Origin: Acidimicrobiales bacterium
GTDB taxonomy: Bacteria > Actinomycetota > Acidimicrobiia > Acidimicrobiales > RAAP-2
Reading direction: 5' to 3'
Assembly (NCBI GenBank): GCA_036553725.1
Contig: DATBOO010000204.1
Coordinates: forward strand, 12,565-76,564
Length of the DNA stretch: 64,000 nt
This document shows, piece after piece, positions 54,437 to 63,360 of the stretch. The notes under the pieces were generated by a model. It was not told the origin of the DNA. It made no database searches and worked only from the letters and a program-made list of their open reading frames with translations. Position 1 is the stretch's first letter, and every line of letters starts with the position of its first letter. Both the position numbers and the translations under genes were made by a program.

Positions 54437-55249
54437 CTACTTCGGCACGATGAGGTAGACGACCGAGACCTGGGCGGTGGCCTGCTGGGTGCCGGGCTCC
54501 AATGGCACCGCCGCGCCCGACGCGGCGGATGCCTGATCTCCTCCGTTCAGTGCGAAGTAGGTCGGGCTCGGCCCCGTGGTGGAGTCGTTGACCGAGCAGA
54601 TGCCGCCGAGCGACTCGGCGGCGGCGGTGGCCATGGCCCGGGCGTGGGCGGCAGCCGTGGTCACCGCGGCGGCGCGGGCCTGACCGTCGACGTTCCCGGT
54701 GTTGCTCACGGCGAAAGTCAGCCCGTTGATCCGTATGGCGTTGCCGACGGACGCGGCAGCCTTGTCAATGACCTGGCCGGCATCGGTGAGGTCGTGCAGG
54801 GTCACGAGGAGGGTGTTCGAAACCTGGTACCCGGTGATCGACCCGTTCTGCGCATACGTCGGGGCGATCGAGAAGTCGGTCGATTGGATGTCGGTCGGCA
54901 CCACTCCGGACAGCTTCAGGTTGTCGGTAAGCCTGGTGGCCTGACCGTTGGCATCGGACAGTGCTGCCGCCGCGGTGGGTCCGGAGACGTTGACGCCGAT
55001 GGTGATGGTCAGGATGTCCGGGGACGCCGAGGCCTGGCCGCTCGCCTCGACGGTCATCTTGGGCGCGCCCGATGCGCAGCCGGGCGGCGAGGAGGCCGAG
55101 GCGCTCGTGCCACAGGCGGCCAGACCGACGGCCAGGGCGGCGAGCACGGCGACGGTGACGGCCCGGCGCCTCCCCCGATGACCGGGCCCCGGCCGGGACG
55201 GCACCTGATCGGTCGGCCCTTGGGCTCCGGAGTCGACGACGGTGGTCAT
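54437..55249 (-). CDS. SIMPL/DUF541-domain lipoprotein
   Basis: Lipobox GLAAC. FSIAPTYAQNGSITGYQVSNTLLVTLHDL...INGLTFAVS...PLEPGTQQATAQVSVVY matches the SIMPL pattern. Confidence 0.75.
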   Translation of the reverse strand: MTTVVDSGAQGPTDQVPSRPGPGHRGRRRAVTVAVLAALAVGLAACGTSASASSPPGCASGAPKMTVEASGQASASPDILTITIGVNVSGPTAAAALSDANGQATRLTDNLKLSGVVPTDIQSTDFSIAPTYAQNGSITGYQVSNTLLVTLHDLTDAGQVIDKAAASVGNAIRINGLTFAVSNTGNVDGQARAAAVTTAAAHARAMATAAAESLGGICSVNDSTTGPSPTYFALNGGDQASAASGAAVPLEPGTQQATAQVSVVYLIVPK

Positions 55250-55402
55250 GGTGGGGCTCCTTGGCGTGGCGGTCGGCGCGGCCGGGAAGGCGGCCGGCCC
55301 GTTCTCTGCACCTACCTGTACGAGCGGGGGCCGGGAGGGGTTGACACGACCGGCCGGTGGTAGCGTCTGGCCGGCCTACCAGCTGCCCGAAGGAGAAGAC
55401 CG

Positions 55403-56317
55403 TTGGCACCTGAGGGCGGGAGCCGGCCGATCCGGTTGGGCATCACCACACCGGTCCTCACCATGCTGCCGGACGCGCACGCCTCCTGGGAGCGGGACGG
55501 CACCATCGACGACGTCGCCGACATCGCCCGGGGCGCCGAGCGGCTCGGGTACCACCACCTGACCTGCAGCGAGCACGTGGTCGTCCCCACCGATGTGGCC
55601 CCGGTGCGGGGAGGCCGGTACTGGGATCCGCTGGCCACCTTCGGCTACCTGGCCGCGGTCACCTCCCGGATCCGTCTGGCCACCAACGTGCTCGTCCTCG
55701 GCTACCACCACCCCCTCGAGATCGCCAAGCGCTATGGCACCCTCGACCAGGTCTCGGGCGGCCGCGTCATCCTGGGACTGGGCGTGGGCTCCCTCGAAGA
55801 GGAGTTCGACCTCCTGGGCGCCCCCTTCCGCGACCGGGGCCCGAGGGCCGACGACGCACTGGCGGCGCTGCGGGCGTCGCTGTCCCAGACCCTGCCCGAG
55901 TACGAGGGCCCGTACTACCGGTTCTCGGGCATCGTCGTGGACCCGTGTGCCCGCCAGCCTTCGGTTCCCCTGTGGATCGGCGGTCGGACCGCCCGCTCCC
56001 TCCGCCGCGCCGTCGAGTTGGGTGACGGCTGGGTCCCCTTCGGGATCCGTCCGGCCGACCTGGCGTCCATGATCGCGGCCGCCCGCGCCACCCCGGCCTG
56101 GGCGGCCCGCCGGGACCCGCTCGAGGTGGTGCTGCAGAACGGCCGGCCGACGGACCCTCTCGGCGATCCCGGAGCCAGCCGCCGGATCGTCGGCAAGCTG
56201 ATCGACGCCGGTGCCACCGGCCTGCAGCTGCGATTCGTCCACCACTCCCTCGCCCACTACCTTGAGCAGCTGGAGGCGATGTCCGAACTGGTCGGGACGT
56301 TGGAGGCCACGGGCTGA
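55403..56317 (+). CDS. LLM-class F420-dependent oxidoreductase
   Basis: LGYHHLTCSEHVV, RIRLATNVLVLGYHHP and GRVILGLGVGSLEEEF. SD GAAGGAG lies 7 nt before TTG 55403. Confidence 0.85.
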   Translation: MAPEGGSRPIRLGITTPVLTMLPDAHASWERDGTIDDVADIARGAERLGYHHLTCSEHVVVPTDVAPVRGGRYWDPLATFGYLAAVTSRIRLATNVLVLGYHHPLEIAKRYGTLDQVSGGRVILGLGVGSLEEEFDLLGAPFRDRGPRADDALAALRASLSQTLPEYEGPYYRFSGIVVDPCARQPSVPLWIGGRTARSLRRAVELGDGWVPFGIRPADLASMIAAARATPAWAARRDPLEVVLQNGRPTDPLGDPGASRRIVGKLIDAGATGLQLRFVHHSLAHYLEQLEAMSELVGTLEATG

Positions 56318-56345
56318 CGCCACCATCGCCATCCCAGGGGGAACC

Positions 56346-57089
56346 ATGAACCGGGTCAAGGTCGGCTTCTTCTCGCTGTCCCACCACTCGCCGACGGGTG
56401 ACGACCGCCCGTACCTCGAGTGGCACCAGCTGGACCACATGCCCGAGCAGTACCAGCTGCCCGGGTTGATCCTCGGCCAGCGGTGGGCGTCGACCCCGGC
56501 CTGCCGGGCGGCACGGGCGGTCGAGGTCGGCGACTGGTCGCAGGTCGAGCACGTCGTCTGCTACCTCATGGGCAATCCGGTGGACGAGACCATCGACGAA
56601 TTCCTCGCCCTCGGCCGCCACCTGGCCGAACTGGGCCGGTTTCCCCGGTCTCTTCCCTCCCGGTACCGGGGGGGCCTGCGGCTGCTCGAGGCGCACGCCG
56701 CCCCCCGGGCCCTCGTCTCGGCGGAGGTCGTGCCCTTCCGGCCCCACCGGGGCGTCTACCTGATCGTCGAGGAGCCCACCGACCCGGCGGCCCAGGACGG
56801 GTACCTCCAACGGCGGCACGTCGAGCTGCTCCCCGAACTGGTGTCGGTGCCCGGTGTGGCCGGAGCCTGGAGCTACGCCACCACCCCCTCCATCCGCCGG
56901 CCGATGTTCACCGACGGTCGGTTCCGGATGACGGTCTGCTACCTCGACGAGGACCCGGCCACCGTCGCCGGGAGCCTGGCTCCGGTGGTGGCCCGGGCGT
57001 GGGCGTCGGCGCCGTCCCGGGTGCTGCTGGCCGCTCCCTTCGAGTCGTTGGTGGCCTGGGACTGGGACCGCTTCGGGCCGCCCCGCTGA
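56346..57089 (+). CDS. Hypothetical protein with two EthD/DUF4286-like ferredoxin-fold half-repeats
   Basis: Two internal copies of a Y..WH/RH....PE....PG pattern (YLEWHQLDHMPEQYQLPGL and YLQRRHVELLPELVSVPGV). Family assignment is tentative. Confidence 0.55.
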   Translation: MNRVKVGFFSLSHHSPTGDDRPYLEWHQLDHMPEQYQLPGLILGQRWASTPACRAARAVEVGDWSQVEHVVCYLMGNPVDETIDEFLALGRHLAELGRFPRSLPSRYRGGLRLLEAHAAPRALVSAEVVPFRPHRGVYLIVEEPTDPAAQDGYLQRRHVELLPELVSVPGVAGAWSYATTPSIRRPMFTDGRFRMTVCYLDEDPATVAGSLAPVVARAWASAPSRVLLAAPFESLVAWDWDRFGPPR

Positions 57090-57126
57090 TCGCCGGCCCG
57101 GCATATCCCGACCGGCCGGGCATCGT

Positions 57127-57612
57127 TCAGCCGGCGCCCCGCTGGTGGAGCTTCTGGAGGGACCGCACCAGTGAGGCTTCGATGAGCTTGTCGTTGCCCT
57201 CGGAGATGAAGTCGTGCACCCGTCGTTCGAGCAGCACCCGCATCACCGGGTTGAACACCTCGTAGGTCTCACGGAAGTAGACCCTGGTCCGACCCCCGCC
57301 GAGGTCCTCCAGCCGGGTCCATCCCGACGCCTTCGACCAGAGGGGCTTGCCGATGGCGTCGTAGCGCCACGACACGGGGCGCTGGGCCTGGGTGATCCAC
57401 TCCCACGACTGCGCCCGGCCCTTGGACAACAGGTACTTCGGGACCGGGAAGGTGCAGTGTCGGACCAGCCCGTTCCCCTGTTCGTCGCCGGGGTGGAGGA
57501 TCTCGATCTTCACCGTGTCGGTCTCGACGCCCACCCGGGTGCGCTTCCAGATCACGTCCCAGACCTCCTCGGGTGTCCCCTCGACGGTGAAATCGAACCG
57601 GTGGTCCTGCAC
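57127..57612 (-). CDS. SRPBCC-superfamily protein (polyketide cyclase/dehydrase-like lipid-binding fold)
   Basis: 161 aa. FTVEGTPEEVWDVIW...GWTRLEDLGGGRTRVYFRETYE is a typical SRPBCC pattern. SD GAGGAG lies before GTG 57612. Confidence 0.75.
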   Translation of the reverse strand: MQDHRFDFTVEGTPEEVWDVIWKRTRVGVETDTVKIEILHPGDEQGNGLVRHCTFPVPKYLLSKGRAQSWEWITQAQRPVSWRYDAIGKPLWSKASGWTRLEDLGGGRTRVYFRETYEVFNPVMRVLLERRVHDFISEGNDKLIEASLVRSLQKLHQRGAG

Positions 57613-57665
57613 GGCGTCTCCTCTCGGGCCCCTCGGCCTGTGAATCGGTCATCTGCTCCGCTGGG

Positions 57666-59192
57666 TCATGGCTGCGTCGCCGGCTGCGTCGCCAGCTGGC
57701 CCTTCACCACCTTCCCACCGGCGTTCCTCGGGAGCTCGGCGAGGTAGTGGACCTGGCGGGGGACCTTGTAGTCGGCCAGGCGTTCACCGGCGAAGCGCTG
57801 CAGCTCCTCGCCGTCCAGGACCTCGCCGGGGCGGAGCACCACGTAGGCGGCGACGTCCTCGCCCAGCACGTCGTGGGGGATGCCGACGACGGCGGCCTCG
57901 ACCACCGCCGGGTGGGCGTGGAGGACCGCTTCCACATCATCGGCATAGACGTTCATCCCGCCCCGCACGATCATCTCCTTCTTCCGACCGACGATGTACA
58001 GGTAGCCGTCGCCGTCGAGGTAGCCGAGATCCCCGGTGTGCAGCCACCCACCCGCCCACATCCGGGCGGTGGCCTCTTCGTCCTTGTAGTACTCCCGGTG
58101 GCCCTCGGGGTTGCGGGTGAGGACCTCGCCGACCGCGCCGGTCGGGCACTCGCTCCCGTCCTCGTCGGCGATCCGGACCTCCGTCGGGGGCCGGGGCCGT
58201 CCCACCGCCCCCGGATGGGTCCGCGACCCTTCCGGGTCCATGGAGAACGTGGCGTGACCGCCCTCGGTCATGCCGTAGCTGTTCAGCACCGGGACACCGG
58301 GCAGCCGGGCCTGGAGGCGCTGCAGGGTGTCCGGGGCCAGGGGCGCACTGCCCAGCACCAGCGTGCGGAGGCTGGACAGGTCCGCCGACTCGAATCCGGG
58401 ATGGTGGAGGAGGAGCTGGGCCATCGCCGGCACGACGAAGGCGATCACCGGTCGTTCGGACTCGACGGTCCCGAGCCACCGCCCGGCATCGAATTTCGGC
58501 ATGAACAGGACGGTCATCCCGGCCTTCATCGGGTTGTAGATGAAGCCGAGCCCGGCAAAGGTGAAGACCGGGGTGGCGGTCAGCCAGGCGGTCCCCTGCC
58601 AGGCCGGCCGGGTGTTGGCCAGGAGGGCGACACTGCGGTGGCGCACGGCCACGCCCTTCGGCCGGCCCGTGGTCCCCGACGTGTACATGACGTCGGCGAG
58701 GTCGTCCTCGCCGATGGGCACCTGGATCTCACGGTCGTCCGCATCCTTCACCTGTTCGATGTCGATCGAGCCTTCGGGTCCCGTGCGACCCACCGTGGCC
58801 AGGACGGCCAGGGAGGGGAGGGACCCCACCAGCGGGGCCAGAGCCTCCCGGTAGGTGCCACTGGCCACGACGGCAGTGGGTTCGGCGTGGTCGAGGATGG
58901 CCCGGACTTCGGGAGGTGACAGCCGGTTGTTCATCGGGACGGCGACGGCGCCGATCTTGTGGACGGCGCTGTAGGTCACGATCCAGTCCAGGATCTGCTC
59001 GGGCTCGAGGTAGATGGCCACGAGATCGCCCTTCTCGACGCCCCGGCCTCGGAGGCCGCGGGCCAGGCGGTTCGAGTCCCGCTCCCAGCGGTCGAAGGTG
59101 ATCGACGACCCGTCGCCCAGGTTCCGGTAGGCGACCTGGTCCGGGTGGGCGGAGGCCATCCACCTCAGCTGGTCGGGCAGCCGGTCAGCCAC
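57666..59192 (-). CDS. AMP-dependent acyl-CoA synthetase/ligase (FadD-like)
   Basis: AMP motif MYTSGTTGRPKGV, plus YGMTEGG, GWLHTGDLGYLDGDGYLYIVGRKKEMI and NAGGKV. Confidence 0.9.
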   Translation of the reverse strand: MADRLPDQLRWMASAHPDQVAYRNLGDGSSITFDRWERDSNRLARGLRGRGVEKGDLVAIYLEPEQILDWIVTYSAVHKIGAVAVPMNNRLSPPEVRAILDHAEPTAVVASGTYREALAPLVGSLPSLAVLATVGRTGPEGSIDIEQVKDADDREIQVPIGEDDLADVMYTSGTTGRPKGVAVRHRSVALLANTRPAWQGTAWLTATPVFTFAGLGFIYNPMKAGMTVLFMPKFDAGRWLGTVESERPVIAFVVPAMAQLLLHHPGFESADLSSLRTLVLGSAPLAPDTLQRLQARLPGVPVLNSYGMTEGGHATFSMDPEGSRTHPGAVGRPRPPTEVRIADEDGSECPTGAVGEVLTRNPEGHREYYKDEEATARMWAGGWLHTGDLGYLDGDGYLYIVGRKKEMIVRGGMNVYADDVEAVLHAHPAVVEAAVVGIPHDVLGEDVAAYVVLRPGEVLDGEELQRFAGERLADYKVPRQVHYLAELPRNAGGKVVKGQLATQPATQP

Positions 59193-59365
59193 GAGCCGGC
59201 TGCTCGGTGATGGGTTCGATGGTCATGTGGTGCTCCCGGGACGAGGGGCGCGGGCGGGTGCGGTCAGACTCTAGCCAGCCACCCGGCGGCAGCATCGGTG
59301 CAGGCGCCGGGCTAGCTTCGCACTGGCGACGCCACCACCAGGGAGCGGCTCCGGGAGTCAGATGA

Positions 59366-60004
59366 ATGAGAGGCGGCGAGATGGCTGAGGAGGACGGACC
59401 GGCGGCGGCGCCGTCGTTCTTCCACGTCGTCCTCCGCCAGCGTGCCACCCGGGAGTTCGCCGATCGACCGGTGGGCGATGAGTTGATCGAGGCCTGCCTC
59501 CGGGCCGCCACCCACGCACCGAGCGCTGAGAACCTCCAGCCCTGGGTGTTCGTCGTGGTCCGGGACGACGGGCTCCGGGCCTCGATCGGGGAACTGACCC
59601 GTCGGGCCTGGAGGGCCGGTGGTCGGGCGCACTCGGAGGGCCGCCTGTCGCCCTCCCTGCTGCGTGATGTCGACCGGGGGGCAGAGGGCGGGGTCGGGTC
59701 CGCCCAGGTCATCGTCGTGGTGTGCGGCGACTCCGACATCGGGCTCGAGTCGACCCTTCCGTCATCGGTCTACCCGGCCACTCAGAACCTGCTCCTGTCG
59801 GCCGCCGCCCTCGGCCTCGGGTCGGCCATGACCACCCTGGCCACTCAGCTGGCCGGCGAGCTCTCCGACCTGCTCGGCCTCCCGCCCTCGGTCCGGCCCA
59901 TGGCCGTTGTGCCCATCGGCTGGCCGGTCCGCCCCCCCGGTGCCCCCCGGCGCCTACCCCTGGGCGAACGGGCCTACCGAGACCGCTACGGCGCGCCTTG
60001 GTGA
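59366..60004 (+). CDS. Nitroreductase-family flavoprotein
   Basis: LRQRATREFADRPV, THAPSAENLQPWVFVVV and AAALGLGSAMT. Confidence 0.85.
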   Translation: MRGGEMAEEDGPAAAPSFFHVVLRQRATREFADRPVGDELIEACLRAATHAPSAENLQPWVFVVVRDDGLRASIGELTRRAWRAGGRAHSEGRLSPSLLRDVDRGAEGGVGSAQVIVVVCGDSDIGLESTLPSSVYPATQNLLLSAAALGLGSAMTTLATQLAGELSDLLGLPPSVRPMAVVPIGWPVRPPGAPRRLPLGERAYRDRYGAPW

Positions 60005-60040
60005 CCGAACGAGAGGGGGAGGCGCGCCGACCAATGGACC

Positions 60041-60092
60041 GGTGGCGTTCCGCGATCCCGACGGCCAGCTGATCGAGCTCCTGGCCGGATAG
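60041..60092 (+). pseudogene. Possible 3' relic of a VOC/glyoxalase gene
   Basis: Only the last ~17 codons before the stop (GPVAFRDPDGQLIELLAG) look like the C-terminal strand of VOC proteins. Upstream sequence in this frame is not protein-like. Confidence 0.3.
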
Positions 60093-60113
60093 GAACGGAG
60101 CGCTCGGCCCGGG

Positions 60114-61649
60114 TCAGCTCATCGCTGCGATCGGCTGCTTCGGCGGGTACCGGCCGAAGGTCCCGAAGTGCGCGGCGATCCCGCCGGTGAAGCTGTCGAT
60201 GTAGGCAAGCTTGCGGATCATGTAGCTACGGGTCTCCTTCGGGTCGAGGTAGAGGTTGTACAGGCGGCCGTGCGAGTACTTCTGGGTCACGCCGGTGAAC
60301 CCGCCCAGATTGAGGCAGTCGCGGTCGTCATCGGAGGTGGAGGCGACCATGAACTTCCACTCCCCGACCCGGAGGGCCGAGAAGACATTGGTCAGCCAGT
60401 AGTAGAGGTACTTGCGGTTGGAGGCGCCGTCCGAGTCGAGAAGGAACGAGGTCTGGTCGACCCCGTCGATGTAGCGGTCGTCCGGTACGGCATCGGCCGC
60501 CCCGGCCAGGCTGAGGAAGGTGTTGAACAGGTCCATCTGGGAGAAGAGGCCGTCCGTGGCCCGGTCTGCGGCGATCATGCCCGGCCAGGTGACGACGGCC
60601 GGCACTCGCTGGCCTCCCTCCCAGGTGGAGCCCTTGGCGCTGCGGAAGGGCGAATAGGCCGCATCGGGCCAGGTCTCCATCTCCGGCCCGTTGTCCGAGG
60701 AGACGAAGATCACTGTGTCATCCATCTGCCCGGTGGCCTCGAGTTCGGCCACCAGCCGGCCGACGATGTCGTCGAGCTCGATGATGGTGTCCTTGTAGGG
60801 GTGGCGGGCCGGGGACGATCCGAGGAACCGCTCGTGGGGGTAGTTGTCGAAGTGGGCGCCCCGGGTGCAGTGGTAGAGGAACCACGGCTTGCGCTGCCCC
60901 GGGTCGGGCCCGGCCATCCGCCGGATGAACTCCAAGGAGTAGGCGGCCCATTTGTCGTCCAGCAGTGACAGCACGGGGATGGTCACCTCCTCGACGTTCT
61001 CGGTCTTCCCACCCCGAGTGGCGTGGACGAAGCACTTGTTGAAGGGCAGGTTCTTGACCCACTCGGTGCGTTCCTGGCTGTAGACGATCTCCGGGAAGAA
61101 ATTGGGGTCGCGCCACTCGGTGTACATGTCGGACACCGAGAGGAAGCCGTAGAAGTCGTCGAAGCCGACATTCTGGGGCTGGGACGCCGTGTTCTCGCCG
61201 ATGTGCCACTTGCCGACGGCCTGGGTGACATAGCCCGCATCCGACAGCAGAGAGGCCAGCGTGACCTCACCGTCGAGCCCGCCCGGTTGCCCGTACATGG
61301 GGGGTCGCAGCAGGCCGTGTCGCATCGGAAGCCGCCCGGTCATGATCGAGGCGCGGGACGGGGTGCACGACGGCTCCGAGTAGCACGAGGTGAGCAGCTT
61401 GCCGCGCCGGGCCAGCCGGTCGATGTTGGGCGTCGGCGCCCCGACCGCCACCCCGCCTCCGTAGCAGCCGAAGTCGCCCCATCCCACATCGTCGAAGAGG
61501 ATCATGAGGATGTTGGGCTGCCTACCGGCCGAGCCGCGATAGCCCGCCAGTGCGGATCCGGCCCGCTCCTCCTGCTCCGCCAGCACGAACCGGGGCTCGA
61601 GGCTGTCGCGCTCTCGTGTCGTCTCTGCCACTACCGGATCGTGTGCCAT
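60114..61649 (-). CDS. Arylsulfatase (Cys-type, formylglycine-dependent), copy 2
   Basis: PNILMILFDDVGWGDFGCYGG, CTPSRASIMTGR (CxPxR) and GKWHIGE. Start trimmed to ATG 61649. No signal peptide. Confidence 0.9.
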   Translation of the reverse strand: MAHDPVVAETTRERDSLEPRFVLAEQEERAGSALAGYRGSAGRQPNILMILFDDVGWGDFGCYGGGVAVGAPTPNIDRLARRGKLLTSCYSEPSCTPSRASIMTGRLPMRHGLLRPPMYGQPGGLDGEVTLASLLSDAGYVTQAVGKWHIGENTASQPQNVGFDDFYGFLSVSDMYTEWRDPNFFPEIVYSQERTEWVKNLPFNKCFVHATRGGKTENVEEVTIPVLSLLDDKWAAYSLEFIRRMAGPDPGQRKPWFLYHCTRGAHFDNYPHERFLGSSPARHPYKDTIIELDDIVGRLVAELEATGQMDDTVIFVSSDNGPEMETWPDAAYSPFRSAKGSTWEGGQRVPAVVTWPGMIAADRATDGLFSQMDLFNTFLSLAGAADAVPDDRYIDGVDQTSFLLDSDGASNRKYLYYWLTNVFSALRVGEWKFMVASTSDDDRDCLNLGGFTGVTQKYSHGRLYNLYLDPKETRSYMIRKLAYIDSFTGGIAAHFGTFGRYPPKQPIAAMS

Positions 61650-61849
61650 GGGTACCCTTCTCTGGTTCGGTCTCGGTCGGGCATGCCGGCTGCTGCTGCC
61701 CGACTCATCCCTGGGCTCTCCCACCGCTCTCAGCCACCGTCACCGTGGCGACGTCGATGCACGGATGCTCATGCGGCGCACCCGATCAACATACATCGCT
61801 GGATACCTCACCCAGAATGGCCGGGAAGGAGGTCTCCAACCCCGAAGGC

Positions 61850-62788
61850 TCACCCGTGGTGGTCTCCGGCGCGATTGTCGACCCCCTCGGTGTGCTCGAT
61901 CATCCGTGTCTGGTCGTGTGGAGCGTCAAGGGTGCTCGATGGTCGTGGACGGATCAGGATGATCTGAACCGATGACACCACCAACACCGCCAGCGTCACT
62001 ACACGCTCGCTCTTGCCGACCGGGTTGAAGATGGCGTACACCTGAACACCGGCCGCGAGGGCGTTGGCCGCCAGCGGCAGTGCGATCGCACCCCATCCGG
62101 TGACCTGGTGGTCCTCACCGAGCGCGCCCGACACCCGAGTCCACGCCGCGTAGGCGAGGGACACCGCTCCCAGTGGCCAGAGGAATGCATAGCTCTCGCC
62201 GGTGCCGACGCCCCGCGCCTGCTGCACGGCGAAGGCCGCATCTGCTCCCGCCGTCGCCAGCACGCCCAGTCCGATGAAGACCCACATTCGATCTGGATGC
62301 CATCCCAACAGGCCGTATACCCCGAGGATCGCGCCGACCAGCAGGACGTCGAGCACGGGGTAGCTGAAGTCGACGATGGTCGCCAAGGTCCCCTGGGTCG
62401 CCTCGTCGATGGTCGGCTGGATGATGACCGCGAATCCAAGGACAAGGATGAGAAGGGTGACGGCTAGCCCGTCCATCCAACGGTGTAGTTCGAAGTGCGG
62501 GAACCGGATCCGGATCAGAAGGACGATTCCGACCACCATGAGCGGATACCACAGCAACCAGAGGATGTCCGCGAACGTGGGATACGGCACGATCGTACGG
62601 CCGCCATAGACGACGCTCCAGGCAATGCTGGCGGAGCTCCATGACACCATCGCCAGTCCAAAAGCGAGCCAGGCCCATCGAGTGGTCGGCTCATAGGCGG
62701 CCCGGGCCAACACGAGAACTGCGGCAGCGGCAATGACCAGATCGTGGCTCCAGGTCTGGTAGATGGCCGAAGGACCGCCGAATCCCAA
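61850..62788 (-). CDS. Hypothetical polytopic membrane protein (~8 TM)
   Basis: Hydrophobic throughout, Trp-rich helices, TTG start at 62788. The frame stays open for another 51 codons upstream but contains no ATG/GTG/TTG. Confidence 0.55.
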   Translation of the reverse strand: MGFGGPSAIYQTWSHDLVIAAAAVLVLARAAYEPTTRWAWLAFGLAMVSWSSASIAWSVVYGGRTIVPYPTFADILWLLWYPLMVVGIVLLIRIRFPHFELHRWMDGLAVTLLILVLGFAVIIQPTIDEATQGTLATIVDFSYPVLDVLLVGAILGVYGLLGWHPDRMWVFIGLGVLATAGADAAFAVQQARGVGTGESYAFLWPLGAVSLAYAAWTRVSGALGEDHQVTGWGAIALPLAANALAAGVQVYAIFNPVGKSERVVTLAVLVVSSVQIILIRPRPSSTLDAPHDQTRMIEHTEGVDNRAGDHHG

Positions 62789-63152
62789 CAGCTCGTTGGA
62801 CGCCTCGAGGAGAACGAGAATGGCGAGGGGTGGCCAGACATAACGCAGGGCAGGAGGACTTTCGTAGAGCTCGCCCTCAGCGTCGACGGAGTGGGGCGCC
62901 CTCAGCCTGGAGACGTCGATAGGAATCCGACCATCGTGTCACCTCATCCCGACGTGCGGCCACACGAAGCGAATGCGGTGTCGGCCGTCCCGCCCGGCAG
63001 GATTGGCACTCCGCCGTCAGATACACGTCGAAATCGCGGGCGTTGGCGACGTTGACAGGAGGAGATCGCCGCAGTCGGAGCACCTCGTCCAGCCTTGTGT
63101 GGGCGGAGTCGACTGCGCTCAAGGACAAGTAGCGGCCTGTCGATGCATAGGC

Positions 63153-63302
63153 ATGACCACGCAGCCCGAACCAATTGACGGCCTATGGTTCAACGACGTC
63201 GACCGATTGTGTCCAGAGTGCGGTGGGCCGATCGAGGACGGACCGACCTTCCGCATCTGCCAGGGCTGCTATGACGCGTATGTGGACAACGCCGGCCGAT
63301 AG
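63153..63302 (+). CDS. Small Cys-rich (CxxC...CxxC zinc-ribbon-like) hypothetical protein, 49 aa
   Basis: MTTQPEPIDGLWFNDVDRLCPECGGPIEDGPTFRICQGCYDAYVDNAGR. No clear SD, so this is weak. Confidence 0.3.
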   Translation: MTTQPEPIDGLWFNDVDRLCPECGGPIEDGPTFRICQGCYDAYVDNAGR

Positions 63303-63360
63303 TTGATCTGTCGCCGGCGCCTCAATTCGGCAGCGGCAGATGGGGGAATCGAAGTGTGGG

